Part shown: positions 50,275-61,084 of the stretch, piece by piece
How positions within the stretch are numbered: the first letter of the stretch is position 1
Layout of the letters: each line of letters begins with the position of its first letter
From: Candidatus Methanomethylicia archaeon
GTDB taxonomy: Archaea > Thermoproteota > Methanomethylicia > Culexarchaeales > Culexarchaeaceae
DNA: 64,000 nucleotides
NCBI GenBank assembly: GCA_038727515.1
Contig: JAVYVS010000002.1
Span: 192,001-256,000 of the forward strand
Reading direction: 5' to 3'
Made by a program: the position numbers and the translations under genes
Notes under the pieces: generated by a model
Seen by the model: only the letters and a program-made list of their open reading frames with translations
The model's database searches: none
What the model was told of the DNA's origin: nothing

Positions 50275-50994
50275 TCATTTTCTTTTCTGTAATGTTACAT
50301 TTGTTCTATGTTTCATTATCATGTTTTCCACAACGTTATATGCTTTTTGAGCATCTCTTCTATCTACTATTAGTATTGTGTCTTCGTAGCATGATATTAT
50401 TTGAGTTATGTTTATTCCATTCCATGCTAATTGTGTTGTTACATATGAAACAAATCCCGGTACTTCTATAACTTCTACTGGACTTATTAGTATTATTGCT
50501 GATTGTTCATCTATTAATTTCTCTATGTTTTCTTCCCCTACTTCTCTAATTACTTCATCCATCACCTTTTTATCAAAGCTTAGTGTAAATGTTCTAGTAC
50601 CTTGACTTAATTGGAAGAATCTTGATTTAGATGCTATTTTCATTATTTCATCTAATCTATTCATTACTGCATTTTGCTTTACTGTTATCACAACTATATC
50701 GCTTTTTAATTCAATAGTGCTATTTTTAAGAAGCCAACTTATTCTATCCTCTAAGATATTCTCTTTCTCAGAAATTTCCTGTGAGAATCTTATTAAAGCT
50801 ACTTTTATAGCTTCTTCTCTTACTTTGCTTTTTTGAACAGCTTCTTCTACTTCACTCTTTATTTTTGATGCTAATGCAGAATAATTTATGATATCCATTT
50901 TTATGCAGTCTATTATGCTTGGATGATGTAAAATGATGTTCTTTGTGGCTTCAGCTATGGATAGTTCCTTCCTCTCCTGCTTCAAATTTATCAC
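50275..50994 (-). CDS. ACT-domain-containing protein, putative amino-acid-responsive regulator
   Basis: IINYSALA...AIKVALIR N-terminal helical domain; C-terminal ACT-like PGFV...GINITQIIS. Confidence 0.75.
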   Translation of the reverse strand: MINLKQERKELSIAEATKNIILHHPSIIDCIKMDIINYSALASKIKSEVEEAVQKSKVREEAIKVALIRFSQEISEKENILEDRISWLLKNSTIELKSDIVVITVKQNAVMNRLDEIMKIASKSRFFQLSQGTRTFTLSFDKKVMDEVIREVGEENIEKLIDEQSAIILISPVEVIEVPGFVSYVTTQLAWNGINITQIISCYEDTILIVDRRDAQKAYNVVENMIMKHRTNVTLQKRK

Positions 50995-51047
50995 TTTAAT
51001 TGATTTGTGTTTCTTATCTTTTTAATAAATATTATTATTTTGTTATT

Positions 51048-51356
51048 TTATGGTAGTATTGCTATAGCTTCTATATTCTCCTTACTAGTCTTCTTTATTC
51101 CCTGTTTAACATTTGGTGGGATTATTAAAATTTCTCCTGCCCTTACTTCTTTTTCCCAATTTTCAAATATTATAATGCCTTCACCCTTCAATACGATTAT
51201 AACTTCTCCCTTTGGATGTGAGTGAGGTGTTACTTCTCCCTCTATAACTACATATCTAACGGTTATTGGAACTCCAAGGTCTAAATTCACTAAAGTTTTC
51301 CTTTTTCCATATTCAGTCTTCTCCCATTCTATTTCATCAATATTCTTTATACTCAT
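51048..51356 (-). CDS. Cupin domain protein
   Basis: PHSHPKGE..VLKGEG, GEILIIPPN. Confidence 0.85.
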   Translation of the reverse strand: MSIKNIDEIEWEKTEYGKRKTLVNLDLGVPITVRYVVIEGEVTPHSHPKGEVIIVLKGEGIIIFENWEKEVRAGEILIIPPNVKQGIKKTSKENIEAIAILP

Positions 51357-52600
51357 TTCTTCATCTCCTCAAATTCTCTCTTAACTTCTTTCATTAATTT
51401 TTCATCTAATAATAAGTCCATGGCACTACCAACAAGAACTTTTGTGGATAATATAGTTCTTCTCCTTCCTTCATCAGTCATTGTTGCATCTGCAAATTCT
51501 TTTGAATGCCCAGGTATAATTTCATTGGTTATTGGTATGGATGCTGATATGGCTGGTACAACTTGTGTTACATTTCCAAAATCTGTTGAAGCTACAGGTC
51601 CACGTCTAATAAGTTCTTCCATTGAAATTAATTTGAATCCATGTTCTATGAGATTTCTATCAACTATATCTGCAAGTTTATGGTAGATCTTCTTTTCTCT
51701 ATATAGTGGACCTACTTCTTCCACTTCATATTTCGTTTCAGTCATTATTGCAGCTCCCCTTATACAATTTAAAACCTTTTCCTTTAGAATATTGAAATAT
51801 TCTAAGTCTGCAGCTCTTATGCTTACCCTTGCTTCTGCATAATCTGGAATAATATTTGATGCTTCACCACCCTTTAATATTATCCCATGCATCCTTGCAT
51901 CCTTCCTAATATGCTGTCTTAAAGCATCTATACCTCTGAACATTATCATTACTGCATTTAATGCGTTTATCCCTAATTCTGGGTTTGCTGCTGCATGTGC
52001 AGTTTTACCTCTAAATACTACTCTAAAACTTTGTACTGCAAGAGCTTCAGTTCTAGTTGAAGCTTTTCCTCCACTCGTTGGATGCATCATTAAGACTGCA
52101 TCTATATCATTAAAAATACCCTTTTCAACCATCATTATTTTGCTTCCAGCATAAGGTCCATTACCTTCTTCAGCTGGTGTTCCTATAACTATTATTTCAC
52201 CATTTATTTTATGTATAACCTTTGATATTGCTATTGCAGCTCCAACAGCTGTAGCTGCTATTACATTATGTCCACATCCATGTCCAATTCCTGGTAATGC
52301 ATCATATTCCGCTAGAAATGCTATTTTAGGTTTTTCACTCATTCCTTTAAATGAAGCTTTAAAAGCCGTTTTCATACCTAGCAATTCTTCATCAACTTTA
52401 AATTCATGCTTCTTTAGAATTCCCGTTAAAAGATTGTATGCCTTAAATTCTTCACTTCCCAATTCCGGGTTTCTATATAGGTATTCACTTATAAAGAGTA
52501 TTTCATCTCTAAGTTTATCAACCCATGTAAGTGCTTCCGATTTTAATTCGTGCTTCATATTTAACTCTCCATTTAATTTTACTTTTAGCTTATATTTCAT
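51353..52600 (-). CDS. M20 family amidohydrolase (AbgB/PM20D2-like)
   Basis: PELGSEE, AEYDALPGIGHGCGHN, GTPAEE, MMHP, STDFGNV. Confidence 0.88.
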   Translation of the reverse strand: MKYKLKVKLNGELNMKHELKSEALTWVDKLRDEILFISEYLYRNPELGSEEFKAYNLLTGILKKHEFKVDEELLGMKTAFKASFKGMSEKPKIAFLAEYDALPGIGHGCGHNVIAATAVGAAIAISKVIHKINGEIIVIGTPAEEGNGPYAGSKIMMVEKGIFNDIDAVLMMHPTSGGKASTRTEALAVQSFRVVFRGKTAHAAANPELGINALNAVMIMFRGIDALRQHIRKDARMHGIILKGGEASNIIPDYAEARVSIRAADLEYFNILKEKVLNCIRGAAIMTETKYEVEEVGPLYREKKIYHKLADIVDRNLIEHGFKLISMEELIRRGPVASTDFGNVTQVVPAISASIPITNEIIPGHSKEFADATMTDEGRRRTILSTKVLVGSAMDLLLDEKLMKEVKREFEEMKK

Positions 52601-52636
52601 ACAATATTTAACTATTCCTATTCATAATATTATCAT

Positions 52637-53320
52637 GTGGATGTTATGTCTGTTTTTATATCGCAGGAGGTTAAAAGTAGTTTTCCAGATATAAAGTTGT
52701 GTACTGCTTTAGTTTCAGATGTGGATGTAAATGTACATACACCTTTGCTGGATGAAGAGTTTCTCAATATTGAAAGAGAGATTAAAGGTAAATTATCATT
52801 GGATTCTTTGAAGGATTATGGTAATATTAGGATTTATAGAGATTTCTATTGGCGTATTGGTATTGATCCAACGAAACAGAGACCTGCAGCTGAAGCTTTG
52901 ATTAGACGTATTCTTCAAGGGCGTTCTATACCAAGAATAAATGCTGCTGTAGATTGTATTAATCTTGCTTCAATAAAATTTATGGTTTCAATTGCTGCAT
53001 ATGATTTCGATAAGATCGTTGGAAAGATAAATCTAAGATTTTCTAGAGATGGAGAATTATTTCTTGGTATTGGTGAATCAGAGTTTAAACCTATACCTAA
53101 ACAACTTGTTTTAGCTGATGATGAAAAGATAGTTGGATTGTATCCCCATAGAGATTCTGAACTTTCAAAAATAACTCCTTTAACTAAGAATATCATTATG
53201 ATTTCTTGTGGTGTTCCAGGGATCTCCATCGATGTATTATTTAATGCTATTGATTTTGCATCTAAACTTCTAGAGAATTATTGTCATGGTAAAACTCTAT
53301 GGATTAAACCTGTATATTGA
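52637..53320 (+). CDS. Free-standing B3/4 domain protein (PheRS-beta editing-like)
   Basis: YRDFYWRIGIDPTKQRPAAEAL.RR, INAAVD, YDFD. Confidence 0.85.
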   Translation: MDVMSVFISQEVKSSFPDIKLCTALVSDVDVNVHTPLLDEEFLNIEREIKGKLSLDSLKDYGNIRIYRDFYWRIGIDPTKQRPAAEALIRRILQGRSIPRINAAVDCINLASIKFMVSIAAYDFDKIVGKINLRFSRDGELFLGIGESEFKPIPKQLVLADDEKIVGLYPHRDSELSKITPLTKNIIMISCGVPGISIDVLFNAIDFASKLLENYCHGKTLWIKPVY

Positions 53321-54029
53321 TTTTATACCATAACTCCCTTAGTACTGGTATCTTTGAAATCTTACTTTTATCTATTAAATTCCAATATATCCCCTTAGGT
53401 TTTTCCCTTATCCTATTTGTTGTTATGATCTTTGTTGGTGTTACTATGATATCTACTGGAACATCATATGGATCTACTTTAAAATCGTAATCTACAATTT
53501 GTATATCGTGAACTGTTGTTATAACTGGAGTTTCCTCTTCAACTTTCCCATATTCTCTAGCTAAACCCCATTCTATTTCAGAGTATCCTTCACCCTTCCC
53601 TATCCTATTACCACGTTTATTTACAGCTACACTTCCAACTATCACTAGATCTATTTTTGGTAGGTCCTCCGGTTTTACTTCCACACCATACTTAAATGCA
53701 CCTTTAATTGTAGATGCATAATCATAATTTTTCCTTTCAATTTTATTTGGATCTAGCAGTAGGAATCCATTGGAAATTCTTGGGGTTGGCATTATCAATA
53801 TCTTACCCCAATTTAATGCTAATCTCCTAACACTTTTCTGCGGAGAATCAGGATTCACCTTAACTACTCTAGCCCTCTTCCATATTTCCAATGTTATTAA
53901 TTTTTCTGCTGCTTTTTCAGCTCCAATGAAGTTTGGTATTCTACCATAAGCTCCTGGGAAAACTGCTATTCCTTCCTCCTCCATTTTCCTCCATATTTCC
54001 TCTCTAATCTTTTGTTTTTCATAGATCAT
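53304..54029 (-). CDS. 5-formyltetrahydrofolate cyclo-ligase family protein (COG0212/MTHFSD-like)
   Basis: [41 protein letters not shown]. Confidence 0.85.
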   Translation of the reverse strand: MIYEKQKIREEIWRKMEEEGIAVFPGAYGRIPNFIGAEKAAEKLITLEIWKRARVVKVNPDSPQKSVRRLALNWGKILIMPTPRISNGFLLLDPNKIERKNYDYASTIKGAFKYGVEVKPEDLPKIDLVIVGSVAVNKRGNRIGKGEGYSEIEWGLAREYGKVEEETPVITTVHDIQIVDYDFKVDPYDVPVDIIVTPTKIITTNRIREKPKGIYWNLIDKSKISKIPVLRELWYKINIQV

Positions 54030-54035
54030 TGATTA

Positions 54036-55844
54036 TCACTTTGAAATGGTTTTCATTGATATAGTTATTATTCTTATGGAATTGTTTATTGCATCCAAAA
54101 GCTTTTTCCTTTCTCTTAATATTTTTGTCTCCCAAAGCCTCATTTCATCATCCTCTATATTTAAATCCATTATCTTATTGATTATACTGTATAATACTGG
54201 TATTGGCTTCCCAGTTAGATAATATCCATATGGATCATAATCATATCTTCCAGCTTCAGTTGTAAGTATATGTGAAAGTTCATGGCTTATTCTTATTAAA
54301 GCTTTATTTATTATATTTAATTTGAAATTCACTTCATCTACCAATCCTTTAATTTCATATTCCCTTTTCACATCTTCTTTACATTTTTCAAATTCTTCTA
54401 ATACTTCATAAAGTATTTTTGCTCTTTCTATTGTATCGTTAATGCTAATATTAGTTTTTGTTTTTATAATGTCTTCATAGTATTCTAGATTTCTCAGTAA
54501 ATTTTTTACAACAACCATATGGTTGTATGGTATTATTATTGAATTGCATAGTCTGAATATAAGTTTTAGATAGAATTCCATGTGTTTCTCATATAGTTTT
54601 AGATCTATTTTGTCTATTGTGTCAGCTTCACTATGTAACCATGGACTTAGTGTAGCATAATTCAATTCTTTAACTTTTTCCTCCGTATATTGTGTGCTGA
54701 AGGATATGTATGGTATCCCAATACCCATGAAGGATTCGTCTCCACCCATATATGGTTGCTTCCAAACACCATCAACACCCCAAACTTCTCTAACAACTTC
54801 TAATGCGAAATCTCTTAATTCCAATGAACATCTAACTGTTGGTACCTCTGTCCCAATTATTCCAGGATTATCAATATTTACATATGCTATGCAATTCTCA
54901 TCTAATATACTCCAATACTTATCTACAAACCATGCTGAACCTGCTGCTTCAGCTATTTCATGCCCATCCCAAAATCCAAATATAACATTTCTATTCAACT
55001 CCCCTTTATACTTCGATAGAACTTTTGCAATTTCCATCATCATAGCATTTCCACTGGAATTACATATTGCAGTTTTACCCCATGCTTCCAAATGTCCACC
55101 TACAACTATAAACTCCTCTTTTCCATTATTTATGTCTACCATTGGTTGTGTTGCTTTCACCCATAAATTTTCCGAAGCTCCATATAACCAAACTTTTACT
55201 TCCCCTTTCTCCCTTATCAACTTCTTTAGATATTCTCCAGCCGCCCTCGTTATGCTTATAACGGTTATTCTTGGAATTTTAAGCCAACCTTCAGGTGTCG
55301 GATTTCCCCATACAGATTTTATAGCACCCTTTTGTATAACAGGATTTTCCATAGTTCCCCAATTCATTATTATCAATGCTTTTGCACCTAATTCATATGC
55401 TATTCTAGCTTTTTCAGGTCTTGGAGGATCCCAACTCATTTCTGCTAATACTATTTTATTCCTAACATCTTTACCTCTATAATCTTCGTAGCTTCCAGGT
55501 CCAACGTAAATTAGTGATCCACTTATTCCTTCTTCTAATGTTGATAATATATGACCACATGGTTTTGCTTCTATAATCCTTTGTTCTGGTTCTAAAACTT
55601 TTAGTATTGCTTCCTTTGGGTAGCTGTGATATATTGGGAATCTTTCAACCCATGTACTTAAATTATATTTAGATAATTCTTCAACAATATACTTCGCGGC
55701 TTTTTCTATTTCCATGGTTCCAGCAATTCTCTCTCCAACTTCCTCCACTAAATATCTCATATATTCAAAGGCTTTTTGTACTGATGCATCTTTAAGGATT
55801 TTTCCTTCAATTTCTTGTTTTATTACAATGTTTTTCATCATCAA
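54036..55844 (-). CDS. M28 family peptidase with PA domain (non-canonical metal ligands)
   Basis: RIAGT, PA domain, GHLEAW, CNSSG, DGHE..GS, NID, GGD, HSEADT. Confidence 0.75.
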   Translation of the reverse strand: MMMKNIVIKQEIEGKILKDASVQKAFEYMRYLVEEVGERIAGTMEIEKAAKYIVEELSKYNLSTWVERFPIYHSYPKEAILKVLEPEQRIIEAKPCGHILSTLEEGISGSLIYVGPGSYEDYRGKDVRNKIVLAEMSWDPPRPEKARIAYELGAKALIIMNWGTMENPVIQKGAIKSVWGNPTPEGWLKIPRITVISITRAAGEYLKKLIREKGEVKVWLYGASENLWVKATQPMVDINNGKEEFIVVGGHLEAWGKTAICNSSGNAMMMEIAKVLSKYKGELNRNVIFGFWDGHEIAEAAGSAWFVDKYWSILDENCIAYVNIDNPGIIGTEVPTVRCSLELRDFALEVVREVWGVDGVWKQPYMGGDESFMGIGIPYISFSTQYTEEKVKELNYATLSPWLHSEADTIDKIDLKLYEKHMEFYLKLIFRLCNSIIIPYNHMVVVKNLLRNLEYYEDIIKTKTNISINDTIERAKILYEVLEEFEKCKEDVKREYEIKGLVDEVNFKLNIINKALIRISHELSHILTTEAGRYDYDPYGYYLTGKPIPVLYSIINKIMDLNIEDDEMRLWETKILRERKKLLDAINNSIRIITISMKTISK

Positions 55845-55901
55845 TATATCTTTATGGATAGCTTCATATAAGCATTTCCAAATAATAATTATTGATTTAC
55901 T

Positions 55902-57278
55902 ATGGATTACAATGAACTTCTAAAATTTGTAGATGATTCTTCTAGTGAGATTATCTCCTTCCTTAGATCTATTATACGTTTTAATACGTCTAATCCTCCT
56001 GGAAATGAACTTCCATTAGCTCAATACATATATGATTTCCTTTCACGTGAAGGTTTAAATTGTGAAGTTATTGAATCTAGTGAAGGTAGGGGGAACGTTA
56101 TTGCATATCTCCCTGGTGAAGATGATTCAAAACGTCTATTATATCTATCACATTTAGATGTTGTTCCACCTGGAGATTTATCGCTTTGGAGTTATGATCC
56201 TTTTTCAGCTAATATGGATGGAAATTGGATTTATGGTAGAGGAGCTTTAGATTGTAAAAGCCTAGTTACTGCAGAAGTTTTTTCTTTGGTTTTACTTAAA
56301 CGTTTAGGTATTAAACCAAAGTATAAGATAATTTTAGCTGCTACAGCTGATGAAGAAACTGGTGGTTATAGAGGTATTGGATGGATAGCCTCTAAATATC
56401 CTGAGAAGGTTAAAGCTGATTATGTTATTAATGAGGGTGGTGGATTGCCCATTAGAGGTAGGGGTGGTAAACTAGTGTATTTAGTGGATGTATGTGAAAA
56501 GGGTTATTGTAATGTTAAGATTAAGGTTAGTGGTAGAGGTGGGCATTCTTCAGTTCCATATACTAGTGATAATGCATTATATTTAATGAGTTTAATTGTT
56601 AAGAGATTATATGAATGTGAACCACCAACATATAAATTTGAAATTGTGGAGGAAAGTTTTAAAAAGATTTTTAAACATTTTGCTGGTTTTCTAGGTTCTA
56701 TATTGGCGTCAATGATATTTTCTCCACTACGTGGATTAGCCTTTAAACTTATCTCAAAATTTGAACCTAATATGGTTAATTTTATTAAATCGCTTATGGG
56801 TATGACCATAGCTCCAACCATTGTTAGAAGTGGTGAAAAGGAGAATGTTATTCCAAGTTCAGCTGAAATTACAGTTAATTGTAGACTTTTACCGGGACAA
56901 GATGATGGATACGTAAAATCAGTATTGAAAGAAGTTTTAAAGGGATTTGAGAAGGTTGATATAAATGTTTTAAGTTGGTTTCCAGCCTCCTACTCCCCTA
57001 TAGATTCAGCTTTCTTTAATGTGATGGAATCTACATTAAAATTGATATTACCAGGCTATGATGTTAGCATAGCTCCATTTGTTATGCCTGGATCTTCTGA
57101 TAGTAGATTTTTAAGGGGTTTAGGAGCGAATGTCTATGGTTTTTCACCATTAAACCCAAAATTGAAGTATAGTGAATTAATGAATTTAGCCCATGGAGTT
57201 AATGAGAGGATTGATGTTGAAAGTTTAATTCTATCCACAAAATACTTGACACTTTTACCATTAAAATTAAATTTTTGA
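55902..57278 (+). CDS. M20/M25/M40 metallopeptidase (ArgE/DapE-like)
   Basis: SHLDVVP, GRGALDCK, ADEETGG, NEGG, GGHSS, AHGVNER. Confidence 0.9.
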   Translation: MDYNELLKFVDDSSSEIISFLRSIIRFNTSNPPGNELPLAQYIYDFLSREGLNCEVIESSEGRGNVIAYLPGEDDSKRLLYLSHLDVVPPGDLSLWSYDPFSANMDGNWIYGRGALDCKSLVTAEVFSLVLLKRLGIKPKYKIILAATADEETGGYRGIGWIASKYPEKVKADYVINEGGGLPIRGRGGKLVYLVDVCEKGYCNVKIKVSGRGGHSSVPYTSDNALYLMSLIVKRLYECEPPTYKFEIVEESFKKIFKHFAGFLGSILASMIFSPLRGLAFKLISKFEPNMVNFIKSLMGMTIAPTIVRSGEKENVIPSSAEITVNCRLLPGQDDGYVKSVLKEVLKGFEKVDINVLSWFPASYSPIDSAFFNVMESTLKLILPGYDVSIAPFVMPGSSDSRFLRGLGANVYGFSPLNPKLKYSELMNLAHGVNERIDVESLILSTKYLTLLPLKLNF

Positions 57279-57743
57279 TTTTAATTTATTATCTTCACAT
57301 ATTATTTCCATTAATATTTTTATGGTATCTTCAACGAATTTCATACATTTCTTCTCCTTTAAATTCTCTATTCTAAATTTTTCTCTATCCTCTTCCTTTA
57401 TTAGTTTTAAGCCTATTAGCTTTTCACAGTGTATTTCACCATGTATTTTTCGGAATTTGCATATTAACTCCTGAACTTTCTCCATACATTTTTCATATGT
57501 AATTAAATCCTCTGGGATATCTCTACCATATATTGCACTTATAATCATTATTCCTGCACCTATTGCTCCACATACTTCTCCAATTCTACCTATCCCAGCT
57601 GAGAATCCTGTAGCTATTCGTGGTGTTAACCATTCAGGTATTTTTGCTCTTTTATTTAATGCTATTATTACTGATTCTGCACATGAATACCCTTTTCTCA
57701 TCCCATTTAAAGCTTCATCTAATACTTCCCTATCTATCTCCAT
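57267..57743 (-). CDS. C-GCAxxG-C-C family putative redox protein
   Basis: SCAES, CGAIGAG, HC, KC. Confidence 0.85.
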   Translation of the reverse strand: MEIDREVLDEALNGMRKGYSCAESVIIALNKRAKIPEWLTPRIATGFSAGIGRIGEVCGAIGAGIMIISAIYGRDIPEDLITYEKCMEKVQELICKFRKIHGEIHCEKLIGLKLIKEEDREKFRIENLKEKKCMKFVEDTIKILMEIICEDNKLKSKI

Positions 57744-57791
57744 TGAAATTAGTTAATGTTAAGTTATATATAGTATTTACCCTATCTATTA

Positions 57792-59189
57792 TTGATGGAT
57801 ATGTTTTCTCTAGATGAAATTCTAAGTATCATAGATAGTGTTTTTGAAAAACCAATAAAATCTGATTTTACTGAAGTGAGATTTCATGGGCGTAGAGAAC
57901 TATCTGTTTTAGTTAGGAATGGTGAGGTTGAAAGGATTGGTCATGGTTTTATAGCTGGATTTTGTGCTAGAAGCCTTGTTAATGGAAGTTGGGGTTTTTC
58001 TTCTACAACTAAATTGTCTCTTGATGATGTTAAATCAATTATTGATGCTTCAATTAATTCTGCGAGAGCTTCACGTAAATATATGGGTAGAAGGATTTCT
58101 TTGGGTGATAGAAAAAGTTTTAGAGATACTTACGTTACACCCATGAAGAAGGATCCAGTTAATGTTGATGTTAATGATATTGTTAGAGAAGCTCTTAATG
58201 TTCATGAACATGTTAGGAGTATATCGCCATTAATAACTCTTGATACTATTAGTATTGGATTTGTTGATGATTATCTTGCTTATGCTAGTAGTGATGGCTC
58301 ATTTATTATTCAGAGGATTGTTAGATGTTCTGGTACATGTTCTGTTGCTGCTAGGGAAGCTGGAAATATAGCTTCTGGATTTGAGAGTGTTGGAGCTCAA
58401 TCTGGATTTGAAATATTTGATGAAACTCCTCTATTAAATGCTGCTGAAACTGCTGCTAAGCGTGCCGTTAGACTTGTAAATGCAGGTTTACCTAAAGGTG
58501 GATATTCCACAGTAGTTTTGGATAGAGATATCGTTGGCTTATTAGCTCATGAAGCTGTTGGTCATACTGCTGAAGCAGATCTAGTTTACTCTGGTAGTTA
58601 TTTGGCTGGTAAAATTGGTGTTGAAATTGCTTCTCCATTAATAACTCTCGTTGATGATGGTAGATTTGAAAGAGGTTTTGGAACTATGATGTATGATGAT
58701 GAAGGAACCCCAACCCAAAGAACTGTGATTATAGAAAGGGGGATTTGTAAAAGCTATATGCATTCTAGGGAGACAGCTTATGAAATGGGTTTTGAACCTA
58801 CTGGTAACGCTAGGGCATGGACCTTTGAATATGATCCAATAATACGTATGCGTAATACGTATATTGAAGCTGGTGATCATAGTCTTGAAGAATTAATTGA
58901 AGGTGTAGAGCATGGATATCTATTAATTGGTGGGAGAGGTGGTCAAGCTGATTCAACTGGTGAATTCATGTTTGGTGTTCAAGAAACCATAGAGATAAAG
59001 AATGGTAAACTTGGAGATCATTATAGAGGGGTAACTATTAGTGGAAATGCATTTGATGTTTTAAAGGCTGTAGATGCTGTTGGTAAAGATTTTGCTTTAA
59101 GGAGGGGTATGTGTGGTAAAGAGCAGCCTAATTATGTTGGTATGGGTGGACCAAGTATTAGAACTAAGGTTATTGTGGGTGGGAGGTGA
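57792..59189 (+). CDS. tldD: TldD metalloprotease subunit
   Basis: HEAVGH, DDEG, TGNAR, RMRNT, CGKEQ. Confidence 0.9.
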   Translation: MMDMFSLDEILSIIDSVFEKPIKSDFTEVRFHGRRELSVLVRNGEVERIGHGFIAGFCARSLVNGSWGFSSTTKLSLDDVKSIIDASINSARASRKYMGRRISLGDRKSFRDTYVTPMKKDPVNVDVNDIVREALNVHEHVRSISPLITLDTISIGFVDDYLAYASSDGSFIIQRIVRCSGTCSVAAREAGNIASGFESVGAQSGFEIFDETPLLNAAETAAKRAVRLVNAGLPKGGYSTVVLDRDIVGLLAHEAVGHTAEADLVYSGSYLAGKIGVEIASPLITLVDDGRFERGFGTMMYDDEGTPTQRTVIIERGICKSYMHSRETAYEMGFEPTGNARAWTFEYDPIIRMRNTYIEAGDHSLEELIEGVEHGYLLIGGRGGQADSTGEFMFGVQETIEIKNGKLGDHYRGVTISGNAFDVLKAVDAVGKDFALRRGMCGKEQPNYVGMGGPSIRTKVIVGGR

Positions 59190-60541
59190 AGGTTATGTCT
59201 TCACTATTTGAGATTGCTGAGAAATCTGTTAAAATTGCTTGTAGGGAAGGTGCAAATGAAGCTGAAGCTTATGTAGAGCGTAGTAAAGTCTTAGAAGTCT
59301 TCTTAGAACGTAATGATTTTAAGACTGTTAGAGTTAAGTGGCATATGGGTATTGGTGTTAGAGCAATTTATGATAAGAGGATTGGATTCGCATATGCTTC
59401 AAGTCTTAAACCTTCAGATATTGATTGGGTTTCTAAGAAGGCTGTTGAAAATTCTAAGTTATCTCCAAAATTGAAGGATTGGGTTTCACTTCCACATCCA
59501 ATGCCTCTACCAAGAGTTGAGGGAACATTTTGTAATGACATTGCAAATATATCTGAAGAACAACTTGTGGATTTAGCTAAGAGAAGTTATGATGCTATTT
59601 TTGAAGCTGATAAGAGAGCTAAATGTGATGATGGTAAGATCTCAGCTGTTATTGAGGAGACTGTTATAGCTAATAGTAATGGTATTCTAGTTGGTGAAGA
59701 AGGTACTGCTATTAGTGGTTATATTGTTTGTGTAGCTTCTGAAGCTGGTAAAACCTCTAGTTTCGCCACTGGAATTAGTAATGCACGTTTACTATCTCAA
59801 TTTAACCCTGAAGATATGGGTCGTGAAGCAGCTCTATTAGCTGTTAGATCTCTTAATCCACGTAAAATTGGGTCTTTTACTGGTGATGTTATATTGGAGT
59901 GGACGCCAGTATCAAGTATACTAATACCTGTTATCAATTTTAGTGTTAATGCAGATATGGTTCAGAGAAAGAGTAGTTTATGGGCTGGTAAGATTGGTGA
60001 AAAAGTTCTTTCTGATGTTATTAATATCGTTGATAATGGTGTAATACCTGGTGGAATGGCTACATCTATGTTTGATGGTGAAGGTGTAGCTAGAAGGGAA
60101 ACTGTATTGATTTCTTCTGGAATTTTAAGGAATTATCTTTATGATTCATATACTGCTTTTAAAGAATCTAAGGAAAGTACTGGTAATGCTGGTAGACCAT
60201 CTTATGCATCTATACCTTCAATTTCACCATCAAATCTAATAATGTATGAAGGTTCTAAAAGTATTGATGAACTCATTTTAGAAGTAGATAAGGGATTGCT
60301 TGTTGGTAGGTTTAGTGGTAATATTGAACCTGCTTCAGGTCTATTTTCTGGAACTGTTAAACAAAGTGTTTATATTGAGGATGGAGAAGTAAAGTTTGCT
60401 GTTGAAGAGACTATGATATCTGGAAATGTATTTCAACTTTTAAATAGAGATGTTATTCTTGGTAAACCTAGGAGAGTTATTGGTAATACCCAAATTCCAC
60501 CAGTATTATTGAGAGATGTAAATATAATATCAAAAACATAA
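59186..60541 (+). CDS. pmbA: PmbA/TldE subunit
   Basis: TldD/PmbA fold without HExxH; FDGEG, STGNA, ISGN; overlaps tldD. Confidence 0.88.
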   Translation: MKVMSSLFEIAEKSVKIACREGANEAEAYVERSKVLEVFLERNDFKTVRVKWHMGIGVRAIYDKRIGFAYASSLKPSDIDWVSKKAVENSKLSPKLKDWVSLPHPMPLPRVEGTFCNDIANISEEQLVDLAKRSYDAIFEADKRAKCDDGKISAVIEETVIANSNGILVGEEGTAISGYIVCVASEAGKTSSFATGISNARLLSQFNPEDMGREAALLAVRSLNPRKIGSFTGDVILEWTPVSSILIPVINFSVNADMVQRKSSLWAGKIGEKVLSDVINIVDNGVIPGGMATSMFDGEGVARRETVLISSGILRNYLYDSYTAFKESKESTGNAGRPSYASIPSISPSNLIMYEGSKSIDELILEVDKGLLVGRFSGNIEPASGLFSGTVKQSVYIEDGEVKFAVEETMISGNVFQLLNRDVILGKPRRVIGNTQIPPVLLRDVNIISKT

Positions 60542-60583
60542 TTTTATCGCAACATTTTTCTATTATTTTAATCAAATGAGTAT

Positions 60584-61075
60584 TTGAGTTACATGTTTGT
60601 TATACATATATTGAATGTTAAAGATTGGTTTAACTTTTTAAGTGAATTTGAAAAATTTATTAAGAGTGATGAATTTCGTAGAGTTTCAAAGTTTTCCAAT
60701 ACCTATATTAAGATGCGTTTTCATGGTACATTACTATTGGATGTTGATGGAATTAAGAGTGTTGGTGATTTTGAATATTGGGATATTTATGGTGATGGTA
60801 ATCTCATTGGATATTTAGAGGTTGCATATATGGATCAACACTTCTTTTCATTATCTGTTGAAGCTATAGATGCCCTTTTAAGCGATGAGGATTTAAAGGA
60901 GTTTATGTTGAGTGGTGCTCGTTGGGCTTCCCCCGTCTCTCCAATATCTTTATCCTTAAGCTTTGATGTTTCTGATGAAGTTAAAAACTTGATAAATGTT
61001 TTTGTTTCAAATTATCGAGATGATTACCCCAATCAAATTGCTATGAAATTTGCTCCTAGAGCTATTATATGTTGA
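60584..61075 (+). CDS. Hypothetical protein
   Basis: 163-aa ORF filling the gap, no recognised motif. Confidence 0.6.
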   Translation: MSYMFVIHILNVKDWFNFLSEFEKFIKSDEFRRVSKFSNTYIKMRFHGTLLLDVDGIKSVGDFEYWDIYGDGNLIGYLEVAYMDQHFFSLSVEAIDALLSDEDLKEFMLSGARWASPVSPISLSLSFDVSDEVKNLINVFVSNYRDDYPNQIAMKFAPRAIIC

Positions 61076-61084
61076 TGGTTTATA

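Noticed and set aside
53304-54029. Using the 5-formyl-THF cyclo-ligase-like gene as proof of folate metabolism
   Set aside because: It is the COG0212/MTHFSD-type paralog, whose cyclo-ligase activity is not established.
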